From Patescibacteria group bacterium (GTDB lineage Bacteria; Patescibacteriota; Minisyncoccia; Phycocordibacterales; SIBU01), in NCBI GenBank assembly GCA_040390045.1, contig JAZJZC010000001.1:36345-100344 (forward strand): a DNA stretch of 64,000 bases. The letters are read 5' to 3'. Below, piece by piece: positions 9,143 through 19,410 of this stretch; positions within the stretch are counted from its first letter, which is position 1, and every line of letters begins with the position of its first letter. Below the pieces are notes generated by a model. It saw only the letters and a program-made list of their open reading frames with translations, ran no database searches and had not been told where the DNA came from. The position numbers and the translations under genes are program-made.

Positions 9143-9247
9143 TTAGATTTTAAACTCTACGACCCTACGATTCGCTTGGCTGGCTCATCTCAGGATCTTC
9201 GAGTTTAAATTTAACCTCTAACGAGATTAAATCTTAAACTCTACGAC
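9143..9247. repeat. Direct plus inverted copies of the ychF 3' end
   Basis: ttagattttaaactctacgac (9143) vs ttaaatcttaaactctacgac (9227); inverted gagtttaaatttaa at 9201. Confidence 0.75.
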
Positions 9248-10324
9248 TTCTCCATCTTTGACCACGTACTCCTTACCTTCAGTGCGAATCAAACCTTTTT
9301 CGCGCGCGGCGGCGTAGGAACCAACTGCCAAAAGCTTGTCCCATTCGATCACCTCAGCTCGAACAAATTTATCTTTAAAATCTCCGTGGATTGCAGTTCC
9401 GGCCTCAGGAGCAGTCCAACCTTTTTTTATTGTCCATGCGCGAGTTTCATCTTCCCCAGTTGTAAAATACATAATGAGCTCAAGCGTCTCGTAACCTTTT
9501 TTGATGAGTCGGTCAATGCCGTCATCGAGCACGCCGAAATCCGTCCGCATTTGTTTTTTTTCTGCGTCTTTCATATCTTTCAAATCATGTTCTATGCCCG
9601 CGTCAACAATAACCCACGGGGCTTTTTCTTTCGCTAAAAAATCCATTAATTTTTGAAATCGTTCGTCTTTCAATTCATCTAAATTTTTACCGCCAGCTTT
9701 TTTATTGAGTACATATAAAATTTTCTTTACCGTAAGCAAGTGTAATCCTTTAAGAACTGGAATTTCTTTAGAATCCACAGCAACAGTTGAGGCCAATTTG
9801 CCCGCATCCAACGCAATTTTTATCCGCTCGAGCAAACCTCCTTCAAGCATTGCATCTTTATCTCCACGCTTGACGTCGCGCGCCAAATTAGAAAGTCGCT
9901 TCGTAACTGTTTGTAAATCAGCCAAAATAAGTTCGAGATTGATCACTTCAATATCTCGCACCGGATCAATTCCACCTGAAACATGAATGACTTTTTCATC
10001 GTCGAAAATCCGCACCACTTGCGCAATGGCGTCGGTCTCACGAATGTTGGAAAGAAATTGATTACCCAGCCCCTCGCCTTCCGAAGCTCCTTTGACGAGG
10101 CCCGCGATATCAACAAATTCCACCGCCGCAGGAACAGTTTTTTTTGAATGACTGAATTCAGAAAGTTTCCAAAGTCTATCATCGGGTACAGCAACCACGC
10201 CGACCGATGGATCGATGGTGCAAAAAGGATAATTTTCACAAGCCACTGATTTTTTAGTCAGGGCGTTAAAAAGAGTTGATTTTCCTACGTTTGGCAAGCC
10301 GACAATTCCAATTGAAAGTGACAT
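9227..10324 (-). CDS. ychF: Ribosome-binding ATPase YchF
   Basis: GLPNVGKST, YPFCTIDP, DIAGLV, C-terminal TGS domain; start at MSLSIGIVG. Confidence 0.97.
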   Translation of the reverse strand: MSLSIGIVGLPNVGKSTLFNALTKKSVACENYPFCTIDPSVGVVAVPDDRLWKLSEFSHSKKTVPAAVEFVDIAGLVKGASEGEGLGNQFLSNIRETDAIAQVVRIFDDEKVIHVSGGIDPVRDIEVINLELILADLQTVTKRLSNLARDVKRGDKDAMLEGGLLERIKIALDAGKLASTVAVDSKEIPVLKGLHLLTVKKILYVLNKKAGGKNLDELKDERFQKLMDFLAKEKAPWVIVDAGIEHDLKDMKDAEKKQMRTDFGVLDDGIDRLIKKGYETLELIMYFTTGEDETRAWTIKKGWTAPEAGTAIHGDFKDKFVRAEVIEWDKLLAVGSYAAAREKGLIRTEGKEYVVKDGEVVEFKI

Positions 10325-10408
10325 AGGAAAGAGTATATAGCACTGGTACGTAATATCCAAGAAACAGAAAATTAATTTTCTGCCCGGAAAAAATTACGAG
10401 AGACGCAC

Positions 10409-13400
10409 CTACTGAGTCGTGCTTGTTGCCGTGGTAGTCGAAACGTCAGCGTGCGAAAACAAACTCACAATCCAACGCCAAGGTTTGAGAATAATTGAAC
10501 CGGCAAAGTTTCTGAGGCCTTCGAAGATATTCTTAGGTGATGTTGTACTTGCTGTATCATCTGCAACCGTAGAAGAAGAATTTGAACTATCGTCACTAAC
10601 GGTGGTCGCTGGTACCGTTCCTGTAGTGTTGGCGGAAAAAATATTGGTTTTTCCTGCATCAACTGTTTTTGTTGGATTGTAGGCGTTTCCCCAAAGGGTA
10701 CTCAACATCATCGCTCTGAAATCATTGATTTCAATTTGTTCCGCAACCGTAACAGGAAATGGTCGCTGACAGTAAATTTCGTTTACTTTTTTCTTGGTTG
10801 TGATGTAAGTAAATTCAGTTGGTCCAGGAAGCGCCCATGGTGCCAAGATATCATCCCAATATTTTACTTGGAAGGCATCCACACCAACAATAGTTGGATC
10901 ATCGTAGATTCCAGTGATTTGTAGATCCTTCATGCCTTCAAAATCTCGAAGGAAGACCTGCAATTTTCGGACTTCAACTGGATTATTGTTCCAGCCTTTT
11001 TTCAAGTGATCGTACAAGTAGTAACATACGCCTGGTGTAACGGGAGTCGATGAAGCAAAGGCTCCTAATACAACGCCGTTTACAGGTCCTACGTTAATTG
11101 GAACCGGTGGGCCGTTGCTACCTCCTCCGCCCCCACCACCTCCCCCTCCTCCACCGCCACCTCCACTTGTGCCTCCACAATTAGTACATGGAGCTGGATT
11201 TACTGTGAATGAAACACTTGAACCGTTGTTTGTTGAATCGGTATCAGTTTGAGATGAACTTGCGTTTGCAGAGTTAGTAATAGTTGTACTTTCGGTGCCG
11301 AGTTTAACTTTGGCTTTCAAAGTAAGGCTCGTACTTGAACCGTTAGCCAAGTTTCCAACCGTCCACAGGCCAGTGGTTGTACTGTAGCTACCAATAGAAG
11401 TACTTGCGGAAATAAATTCCAATCCTGCAGGTAACACGTCAGTGACTGAAACTCCTGTCGAAGAAAGTGTTCCGAGGTTCGTTAATACGAGAGTGTAAAT
11501 AATTTCATCGCCAACGCTCGCTGTGGTTTTGTTAGAAGTTTTGGTAATACTCAAGTTGACACCTCCACCTCCACCACCGCAGTTCGAAGTACAACCAGGT
11601 GTGTTTACAGTAAATGATACGGCTCCAGTATTGTTTGTCGAATCAGTATCAGTTTGTGTTGAACTGGCGATAGCGGTGTTGGTAATAGTTGAACCTTCGG
11701 TTCCCGCTTTTACCTTAGCTTTCAAAACTAAAGTTGTAGTTGAGCCATTCGTCAAATTTCCGATAGTCCAAAGACTGGTTGTGGTGCTGTAACTACCGAG
11801 CGATGTGCTGGCGGAAATAAATTCCACACCGGTTGGCAGAATATCGCTCAAAGAAACTCCTGTTGAAGAAAGTGTTCCGAGGTTTGTCAGTACAATGGTG
11901 TAGATAACTTCATCACCGACATTTGCCGTAGTTTTATTGGCAGTTTTTGTGACACTCAAGTTAACGCCACTGGTTCCTCCGCCACCACAGTTTGAAGTAC
12001 AGACGACTGGATTTACGATGACGTTCACTGTCGCGGTGTTGTTTGAAGAATCGGTATCAATTTGAGTTGAAGTCGCCGCTGCAATGTTGCCAATAGTGAG
12101 GCCTTCGTTCCCTGCCTTTATTGTAGCTTTCAAAATAAGGGTCGTGGTTGCATTTTTCGCCAAATTTCCAATGGTCCAGAGTGAAGTTGAGGTGCTGTAA
12201 CTACCAATACTCGTGCTCGCTGAAACAAATTGCAACTGCGATGACAAAACATCAGTGACAGAAACTCCGGTTGCGGCATCTGGCCCAGCGTTTGAAACAG
12301 AGATCGTGTAGGTGACTTGATCGCCGACATTAGCGTTTGTTTTATCAGCAATTTTGGTAAGACCGAGGTTAACACCAGAAATTGGAACTGGAACAACGAT
12401 AACATTTCGCGTAACTGAAGCACTCAAACCTCCCGAGTCAGTGACCGTGTAGGTGAGTGTGTACGTGCCAAGCGTGCTCGTGCTGACAGTTCCGGTAACC
12501 ACAATTTGTGATGTGAGATTGCCATCTTCGAGGTCAGTGGCAGTAGCTCCGGGATCGGTAAAGACATGACCCAAGATAACAGTGATTGGATTGGCACCGA
12601 CAAGCGTAATAACCGGCGCGGTGTTTGTTGGTGGATTAACTGGACCATTAGGACAGGTAGAAGCGGTTGTGGTGTACGAATAGGTTACCGCAACGGAACT
12701 TGAAGCGGTAAGCAAAGGGAAATAACTGTAGGGGCCGGTAGTAAAATCTCCTATCAAATTGAGAGTTGAGAAAGATTGTCCTGAAACATCTTCGGTAACA
12801 TTTACACCACCGGTTGTCGTGCTAACGAAACTTAAAAGTTCTGTTGGGTCAGTAATCGTCAACAAGGCATCACTTTGAGAATATGTGCTTGTGCCAGTAC
12901 CGTATGAACTTGCGCCAGCATAATCGAGCGCGCCATCGGCGGCATTAACTGTAACTGGACCGAAGTAACTGGTGAAATATAATTTTGATAGATGTCCCGG
13001 CACACTAAACGTGCTGGTCGCCAAAAGACCGCCAGAAATTGAAATCGGGTGGGTAGCAATGTTCTCTACCTTTTGATTGATATTTGCCTCAGCGTAGTGC
13101 TTGAGAGAAAGAGAAGTCAGAGTTCCAAGAGCAGGATCGAAATATTTAATTTTTCCTTGCTTGGTAAAATCAGCCTTAGTTGTTGGGAAAATTAAAGTGT
13201 CAGAGTATTGGCAGGAAATTGGAGCAGGAGGTGGAGGCGGCAAAGGATTACAAACAGCGTTAATCTCCGCATCTCCATCGTTTAACATACTACCTCCACC
13301 TAAAGCAGAAATATATCGGAAGGCCTGTGGAAACAACCAAATGGTTGTGTCGTTGTCAGAAATCCAGTTTGTTGGGCCATCAGGGTAGGTTCCAATTTCT

Positions 13401-14449
13401 ATACCAGAAGTCCAAGGACCAGCTGGACTATCGGAACCAAAAAGGGCACCCTCGTGAGCTTCGTTTGGAGTTTCTCCGTGGTCAATAGATGGAACAAGAT
13501 AGACCATGTTGCTACTGGTTGCAGTAGTAGTTCCCATATCCCAAACTCCCCTTCCTGGATAACCACTAAATCCTGCAGGATTGCTAAACACCTGAACCCA
13601 TTTATGATCGATAAAATCTCCGGAATGTGGATCGCTGTTGTATACCCAATCATAAGCAGTAGGACTGGTTTCCTCACCAGTTACCATTCCCGTAGTGAGA
13701 AGAACTCCACAAGAACCGATATTCAAGGTTGTTGGTGCGGTTGGGCAAGGAGCAGTGCTGGTGAAAGAATAAGTTACTACAACAGAATTCGAAGCATAGA
13801 TCAAAGGAAAATAACTCCATGGTCCTGAAGGAGTGCTTGAAGCGATGTTGAGGAATGAGAACGACTGACCGGAAACATTTTCGGTAATATCAACGCCACC
13901 AGCACCAGAATTAACATAATTTAAAAGTTCAGCAGGATCGTTGATTGCAATCGAGGTATCGTTTTGAGAAAAAGTTGTGGTACCAGTGTCGTACGAACTT
14001 GAACCAGCATAATCGAGAGCTCCATCGTACGCGGTTATGTCGACTGGACCGAAATTACTAGAAAAAAGCAAATTTGAAGTATGTCCTGGAAGACTCAATG
14101 TGCTGGTTGCACTGAGGCCACCACCACTTGAAATTGTATGATCAGAGACGTTTTCTGCCTTCTGGCTTACATCAACGATAGAAATGTGCTTGATAGAAAG
14201 ACTTGTGAGAGTACCGAAGGCGGGATTAAAGTACTTGATTTTTGCCTGCTGTGTAAAATCAGCCTTCGCAACGCCGAAAACAATGGTGTCAGAAAGCTGA
14301 CAGGAATTGCTTGTTGTCGTTGCCGCACGTACAAGGAGGTTTGAAGATGGCACAGCCAAAATCATTAGGGACAAAAACATGACGAAAAGCGATGTGGTGA
14401 TTTTTTTCTTGAGATTGCTGATCTTGCTCGTTGATAAATATTTTTTCAT
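10409..14449 (-). CDS. Large secreted/surface protein: 2 choice-of-anchor-E-like domains, Ig-like (DUF5011-like), 3 DUF11-like repeats, PG-binding-like C-terminus
   Basis: Signal-like N-terminus; duplicated ADFT..KYF.P..GTLTSLS / DGALDYAG modules; NTAPVITLVGANP; three VNL..TK..VGD..YT repeats; VEVRKLQVFL. Confidence 0.8.
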   Translation of the reverse strand: MKKYLSTSKISNLKKKITTSLFVMFLSLMILAVPSSNLLVRAATTTSNSCQLSDTIVFGVAKADFTQQAKIKYFNPAFGTLTSLSIKHISIVDVSQKAENVSDHTISSGGGLSATSTLSLPGHTSNLLFSSNFGPVDITAYDGALDYAGSSSYDTGTTTFSQNDTSIAINDPAELLNYVNSGAGGVDITENVSGQSFSFLNIASSTPSGPWSYFPLIYASNSVVVTYSFTSTAPCPTAPTTLNIGSCGVLLTTGMVTGEETSPTAYDWVYNSDPHSGDFIDHKWVQVFSNPAGFSGYPGRGVWDMGTTTATSSNMVYLVPSIDHGETPNEAHEGALFGSDSPAGPWTSGIEIGTYPDGPTNWISDNDTTIWLFPQAFRYISALGGGSMLNDGDAEINAVCNPLPPPPPAPISCQYSDTLIFPTTKADFTKQGKIKYFDPALGTLTSLSLKHYAEANINQKVENIATHPISISGGLLATSTFSVPGHLSKLYFTSYFGPVTVNAADGALDYAGASSYGTGTSTYSQSDALLTITDPTELLSFVSTTTGGVNVTEDVSGQSFSTLNLIGDFTTGPYSYFPLLTASSSVAVTYSYTTTASTCPNGPVNPPTNTAPVITLVGANPITVILGHVFTDPGATATDLEDGNLTSQIVVTGTVSTSTLGTYTLTYTVTDSGGLSASVTRNVIVVPVPISGVNLGLTKIADKTNANVGDQVTYTISVSNAGPDAATGVSVTDVLSSQLQFVSASTSIGSYSTSTSLWTIGNLAKNATTTLILKATIKAGNEGLTIGNIAAATSTQIDTDSSNNTATVNVIVNPVVCTSNCGGGGTSGVNLSVTKTANKTTANVGDEVIYTIVLTNLGTLSSTGVSLSDILPTGVEFISASTSLGSYSTTTSLWTIGNLTNGSTTTLVLKAKVKAGTEGSTITNTAIASSTQTDTDSTNNTGAVSFTVNTPGCTSNCGGGGGGVNLSITKTSNKTTASVGDEIIYTLVLTNLGTLSSTGVSVTDVLPAGLEFISASTSIGSYSTTTGLWTVGNLANGSSTSLTLKAKVKLGTESTTITNSANASSSQTDTDSTNNGSSVSFTVNPAPCTNCGGTSGGGGGGGGGGGGGGGSNGPPVPINVGPVNGVVLGAFASSTPVTPGVCYYLYDHLKKGWNNNPVEVRKLQVFLRDFEGMKDLQITGIYDDPTIVGVDAFQVKYWDDILAPWALPGPTEFTYITTKKKVNEIYCQRPFPVTVAEQIEINDFRAMMLSTLWGNAYNPTKTVDAGKTNIFSANTTGTVPATTVSDDSSNSSSTVADDTASTTSPKNIFEGLRNFAGSIILKPWRWIVSLFSHADVSTTTATSTTQ

Positions 14450-14561
14450 AAATTTTTCAGGTGAGATTATTAAATTAGACTAGTGCAATTAAAAAAAATG
14501 TCAATTGTTTTTGATCAAATAAAGATAGAAATAGCTTTGAGATTAGGCCTATAATCACGAT

Positions 14562-14673
14562 TGTCCTTTAAAATAGAGATTGGTGTCCTTTATAGAACTC
14601 CTTCCGATGTGTATGCCGTTCGATCATATAAAATATTACATAAAGGACATTTCAGTTTGTCTAGTGTCCTTTA
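14562..14673. promoter_or_regulatory. Four copies of TGTCCTTTA (candidate operator array)
   Basis: Direct copies at 14562, 14584, 14665; inverted TAAAGGACA at 14641. Confidence 0.6.
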
Positions 14674-14831
14674 TAAATTTACTGAAAGTGTATGGAACAC
14701 ATTTATAAATTTTGTCAATCATCTCAGAAATTGCTACAACTAGTTTTTTGGTCAAAAGTTACAATGTGCAACAAAAAATGCCACAGATGTGGCATTTTTC
14801 TTTTCTTTGGGAGTTCGACTTCCAAGCAGCG

Positions 14832-15422
14832 CTAGTACGCTCTTCTTCCCCACTTTTCAAATCTTTCTTTCCATCGTTTGACACCGTCTTCTTTTATAAA
14901 TTTAAGCGGTCCGACTTTCTTCACGTGGACCTTAAATCCAGCGAACCAAAGAATGCACTTCTTAATTTCATTCGTAGTGTCACCGAACAAAATACGAGCT
15001 AAGAATGGATTTGAATCTGAAGTGACAAAAACTCGGGCGGTCTTTTTTTTCATGAGCTTACTCCAAAAGTAGCCCGCTCCCATGCCGCTTGATTTGAACT
15101 GAAAAGCAAAATGGGGTAACCAGATTCGATCAAAAAATCCCTTGAGAAGTGCTGGCATGGTTGACCACCAACTTGGGTAAAAAATAACAAAATGCTCTGC
15201 CCATTTTATATCTTCTTCTGCTTTGATTAAATCTGGTTCAAGCGCTTGAATCTCCCGATAACCCTTGTGGAGAATTGGATCGAACTTAATATCACCGAGG
15301 TTAGTCCTTCGTACCTCGTGACCCGCCTCTTTTGCCGCCTTTTCGTATGTATCAGCAAACGATCCGCACAGCATCTCCTTGTCAGGATGACCGAGCAGTA
15401 TAAAAATCTTTTTGGATTTCAT
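14832..15422 (-). CDS. NAD(P)H-dependent quinone oxidoreductase (flavodoxin-fold)
   Basis: LGHP, YPSWWSTMPALLKGFFDR. Confidence 0.9.
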   Translation of the reverse strand: MKSKKIFILLGHPDKEMLCGSFADTYEKAAKEAGHEVRRTNLGDIKFDPILHKGYREIQALEPDLIKAEEDIKWAEHFVIFYPSWWSTMPALLKGFFDRIWLPHFAFQFKSSGMGAGYFWSKLMKKKTARVFVTSDSNPFLARILFGDTTNEIKKCILWFAGFKVHVKKVGPLKFIKEDGVKRWKERFEKWGRRAY

Positions 15423-15433
15423 AATTTATAAGG

Positions 15434-15658
15434 TTATTTTTGCAAATTCTCGAGCTCTGCTTTGTGGTTTGTCATTACTTCCATCGCCGCATCCATCTCA
15501 CTTTTGCCGGTTTTAATTTTTTCTTTAATTTCCTCGGCCACTTTCATAAAAAAATCAGGGTTTTTCTCAACCATAAGTAACAACTTCTCCTGGGTTTCTT
15601 TCGGAACATCCTTGAGCTTCGACTGAAGCATCTTTTTCATTAAAAATTCTTTAAGCAT
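15434..15658 (-). CDS. Small hypothetical protein
   Basis: 74-aa helical ORF in an operon-like run with host-like composition. Confidence 0.75.
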   Translation of the reverse strand: MLKEFLMKKMLQSKLKDVPKETQEKLLLMVEKNPDFFMKVAEEIKEKIKTGKSEMDAAMEVMTNHKAELENLQK

Positions 15659-15716
15659 AGTTCAATGTGAATTACTAATACCTTAAGTTTAACAAAAGCT
15701 AGCCTGTTGCGCGACC

Positions 15717-16433
15717 TTACTCTGAGTAGCCAGTGAATTCATCGGTTCTGATATTTTCATCAGATATGTTGAGCTCCAACAAAATTTCTCGAATTCGAAC
15801 AATAAAAGGGATCGGACCTGAGATGTAAAACGACTGTTCACCTGGGTTTTTGATAAAGGACATTAGAAACTTCTTATCCAGCCGGGGCTTGATTGTTTTT
15901 TTTGTAGAACTTTTTGCAGTTTGTAGGGCTGTGAATGAAAAATTTTTATGCTGCTTAGCGTAGGATAAGAAATCATCTAAAAAAACTGCCGATGTATCGT
16001 GCCTGTAGGAATACATAAAGATAATATTCCGATCCTCATTCTTAAAAAAGGCTTCCTTCAAAATACTGGCAAAAGGCGTGACACCGATCCCTGCCCCAAT
16101 AAAAACTAAGGGCTTTGAAAGAGTTTCTCTCAGAAAAAAGGTACCGAACGGTCCCTCTAGTTTCACTCGCTGACCAACTCGAAAAGAGAAAAGCAGCTTT
16201 TTAAAATCACTTTGAGTATTTTTGGTAACAATATAGATTGTCTTTTCGTGAGGAGCTGAAGAGAGTGTAAATGTTCTTGTGAGATTCTGACTCTCTAAAC
16301 CTTTTGGCAGAGGAAGCGTGAAGTCTGCACACTGACCGGCTTTGTACTTGAAACCCTTTGGCTTTTCAAAAACAAAACAGGTCGCATCTTTTGCAATTTC
16401 TTTTTTTTCAATTAGTCGAATTCGGTAGGACAT
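15717..16433 (-). CDS. FAD/NAD(P)-binding oxidoreductase (ferredoxin reductase-like)
   Basis: RTFTLSSAP, EGPFGTF, GAGIGVTPF, DEFTGY. Confidence 0.9.
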   Translation of the reverse strand: MSYRIRLIEKKEIAKDATCFVFEKPKGFKYKAGQCADFTLPLPKGLESQNLTRTFTLSSAPHEKTIYIVTKNTQSDFKKLLFSFRVGQRVKLEGPFGTFFLRETLSKPLVFIGAGIGVTPFASILKEAFFKNEDRNIIFMYSYRHDTSAVFLDDFLSYAKQHKNFSFTALQTAKSSTKKTIKPRLDKKFLMSFIKNPGEQSFYISGPIPFIVRIREILLELNISDENIRTDEFTGYSE

Positions 16434-16450
16434 AACTTTAGAGTAAATAA

Positions 16451-16606
16451 AATCTAACCTGCTGGATGCAATTCGAGGCGCAAACGATTTTGCGACTAAA
16501 ACGTAGGTCGCGCTTCAATGGACGTTGCGCGACACGATTCCGACTGAATCGACATTGCGGAAGCAAACGGAGCTGGCGACAATGAAATGCGCCAAAGGCG
16601 GATGTT
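16451..16606. repeat. ~155-bp palindromic element, copy A
   Basis: Core gatgcaattcgaggcgc...gcgactaaaacgtaggtcgcg...gattccga shared with 49128 and 36517. Confidence 0.85.
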
Positions 16607-18412
16607 CTACTCTTGGATGAAACCACCAGCTTGAAGATTCCACAACTTAGTATACAAACTCGCGCTGTTCTTCAGTAAATCATCATGACTTCCCTCCTCA
16701 ATCACCTTTCCTTTCTCAAGCACAATAATTCTATCCATTTTTCGAATGGTTGAAAGTCGGTGAGCAATGACAATAACTGTCTTACCTTTCATCAGTTTAT
16801 CGAGCGCATCTTGAATAAGAGACTCGGAGTGAGAATCGAGACTTGAGGTGGCTTCATCAAGAACTAAAATCGGTGCGTTTTTAAGGATAGCTCGAGCAAT
16901 TGCCACGCGTTGACGTTCCCCACCAGAAAGCTTAATGCCACGCTCTCCGACATACGTGTCGTATTTTTGCGGCAACCCAAGCGCAAACTCATCACAATGC
17001 GCCAATCGTGCCGCTTCGTACACTTCAGCCTCGCTCGCCTCTCTTCGTCCGTAGCGGATATTTTCAAGAAGGGTTCTGTGAAAAAGAATCGGATCTTGTG
17101 GCACCAAACTGACATTTTTTCGTAAACTTTCCTGCGTAACATTTCGAATCTCCTGCCCATCAATTGAAATTCCCCCAGCGGATACATCGTACAGACGGAG
17201 TAACAATTTTACGAATGTTGATTTACCCGCGCCAGACGGGCCGATCAAAGCCACCTTCTCCCCTGCGGCAATTTTTAGATTTAAACCTTGGAGAACAATC
17301 TGTTCGCCGCCGAAAGAAAAATCAACATTATGAAAGTCGACTGAACCTGAGGGAACAGAAAGTATGCTGGCATCTGCCGCATCCAAAATGTCCTGCGGCA
17401 ACTTCAAAATATCAACCATTTCCTTGGCATCGGCAATCGATTCGTACATACTGCGAATAATTCTACTGATGCCCCAGAGCTTACCGTTGAGTCCTAACAA
17501 ATAGACTTGGATCAAGACAAACGAGCCGACAGTTATGGCTCCGGTCTGCCAATATTTGATGGCAAAATAGAATAACAAAAATTCAATGAAAATAAGTAGA
17601 AGTGCTTGCCCTGTTTCCACGCCATTTTGCAGGTTCCAGGCAAATCGTGTCAATCGAGCTTGCTCATTGGTCACTTCGCGAAAATATTTTGATTCGGATT
17701 TCACACCCGTAAAAAGATGAATGGTGTTTTGATTTGTGATGGCGTCAGCCAAAACACCTGTCGTAAAGGAGTCCATAGCGGCACGTTTGACATCATATTT
17801 TAATTTCCAACGGGAAAAAAGATAATTAAAAAGCAAAAATACAAAAACCCAAGCGAGCAAAACTTCAGTAATGATGTGGCTGGTAAACCAAAGTACGAAA
17901 CAGATGCCGATCACCTGCACCACGAGTGGCAAAATTTCATAGACAATTCTATCCTGAAAAACCTCGAAGGCCCGGGCAAAACGGTTGACGCGCTGAACCA
18001 AAGAGCCGGTAAAGTTGTTGGCATAAAAAGAGTAGGAATGATTGATCATGTACTCAAAAGCTTGCTGACGCAGTCGGGCAATGACTCTCGAATCGCAATA
18101 GGAGGAGGAGAATGTGGCAATGCGCCACCCTACCCACTGGATGATATTTAAAACCAAGATAAGAAAGATGATACTAAATAATTGTGGACTTTTATCGGAA
18201 ACGGAGAGAGTGCCGAGATTTAGAACATCGAAGAAATTCTTATAATAAATAGGAATGACAACTGACACAGCGTTGGCAAAAATCGCGCTCGAAAAAATTA
18301 TGAAAAGCGAAAGTTTGTTTGGCCGAAGACCACGCCAAAAAGCCTTGAGTACATCGAAGGTTGTAGCAATCCCGGTGCCCTTATGTTTAGGTTTCGTGTC
18401 GAAGGCTAGCAT
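16607..18412 (-). CDS. ABC exporter, fused permease/ATPase
   Basis: TM domain, GPSGAGKS, LSGGERQR, LDEATS. Confidence 0.95.
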   Translation of the reverse strand: MLAFDTKPKHKGTGIATTFDVLKAFWRGLRPNKLSLFIIFSSAIFANAVSVVIPIYYKNFFDVLNLGTLSVSDKSPQLFSIIFLILVLNIIQWVGWRIATFSSSYCDSRVIARLRQQAFEYMINHSYSFYANNFTGSLVQRVNRFARAFEVFQDRIVYEILPLVVQVIGICFVLWFTSHIITEVLLAWVFVFLLFNYLFSRWKLKYDVKRAAMDSFTTGVLADAITNQNTIHLFTGVKSESKYFREVTNEQARLTRFAWNLQNGVETGQALLLIFIEFLLFYFAIKYWQTGAITVGSFVLIQVYLLGLNGKLWGISRIIRSMYESIADAKEMVDILKLPQDILDAADASILSVPSGSVDFHNVDFSFGGEQIVLQGLNLKIAAGEKVALIGPSGAGKSTFVKLLLRLYDVSAGGISIDGQEIRNVTQESLRKNVSLVPQDPILFHRTLLENIRYGRREASEAEVYEAARLAHCDEFALGLPQKYDTYVGERGIKLSGGERQRVAIARAILKNAPILVLDEATSSLDSHSESLIQDALDKLMKGKTVIVIAHRLSTIRKMDRIIVLEKGKVIEEGSHDDLLKNSASLYTKLWNLQAGGFIQE

Positions 18413-18492
18413 AGAATCACTATTTTACTTCGTTTTTAAGGAAAAGACAAAAGAAAAACCGCGCGGTATGTCGAGCGGCTACAGAAAAGTAA

Positions 18493-18846
18493 TTACGTCT
18501 TGCAACGTAGACGACTCAAGGTTTCAAGGACTTCTTCCCGCAGATAACGCTCTTCCCAATCTTGATAAAAATGAGTGCCTGTTACAACCGTAACACCGAG
18601 ACTTAGGATGACACCGGAAAGTTCAGCAAAATCGGAAAGGTTTTGAAACCGCAACTTCATTAGTTCCGACACCAGAAAAAACATTGAGGTGCACAGGAGC
18701 GAAAAGAATCCCGCAGTTAGAACAATCTCTGCCCACCAGTCCTTTTCAGCCTTTTTACGCTTGGCGAGCCGATAATCGAAATAGCCCCAAACGTAACAGT
18801 ACGCAAGCACTAGACCACATGCCAAAGAAAGTTTTAAAAGAAGCAT
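18493..18846 (-). CDS. Hypothetical membrane protein
   Basis: 117 aa, 3 hydrophobic segments. Confidence 0.65.
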   Translation of the reverse strand: MLLLKLSLACGLVLAYCYVWGYFDYRLAKRKKAEKDWWAEIVLTAGFFSLLCTSMFFLVSELMKLRFQNLSDFAELSGVILSLGVTVVTGTHFYQDWEERYLREEVLETLSRLRCKT

Positions 18847-18958
18847 AACGAAAATCTGTGTACTTCTGTCACACTACAAGAAAATTGATCTGGGTGCAAC
18901 AACTCCGACTTGCACAGATACGAAGAAGCCTGCCACTGGGCAGGTTTCTTCTGTTCAG

Positions 18959-19029
18959 TGGACCTAGGGGGAATCGCACCCCCGCCTCGTCAATGCGAAT
19001 GACGCGTCGTACTACTAGACTATAGGCCC
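18959..19029 (-). tRNA. tRNA-Ala(CGC)
   Basis: Cloverleaf with G3:U70; anticodon arm CGTCA-TT-CGC-AT-TGACG; atypical T-loop TGCGATT. Confidence 0.9.
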
Positions 19030-19092
19030 AAATTGGACATAGGAAATAGTAACAATTTCTTGTTGACGTATCAAATTGAGAAATTTTATTAT

Positions 19093-19410
19093 TTGTGTAT
19101 CACAAATATTTTGCTTGCCGTCGCAAGCAAAATTTCGCGACCCCCGGCTCGCCATCGCTCAAAGGTTTTTTGCATGTGTATCACAAGTATTTTTCCTGAC
19201 GGAAAAATCTCGCGATCTTTTTTCAACATCGTGTATCACGAATCACTAAGTAAATCGCTTCGCAAGGCCTCGCAATTTACGTAAGTGTTCGCGAAGTCTC
19301 GCGACACTCGTTGCTACTCGCCCGCTCGACATTTCGTCTGCTGACAAAATATTTCTGCGGCTTCCACTGATAGCAAAAAACCTCCAGCAGTGGAGGTTTT
19401 TTGCTATCAG
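19093..19410 (-). repeat. Structured trailer of tRNA-Ala(TGC) with three TCGCGA-hairpin-GTGATACAC units
   Basis: gtgtatcac at 19095, 19176 and 19231; perfect 24-bp stem 19363-19414. Confidence 0.7.

Noticed and set aside
19093-19310. CRISPR array
   Set aside because: Repeated part is only about 9-10 nt, the interiors are self-complementary hairpins, and no cas genes are present
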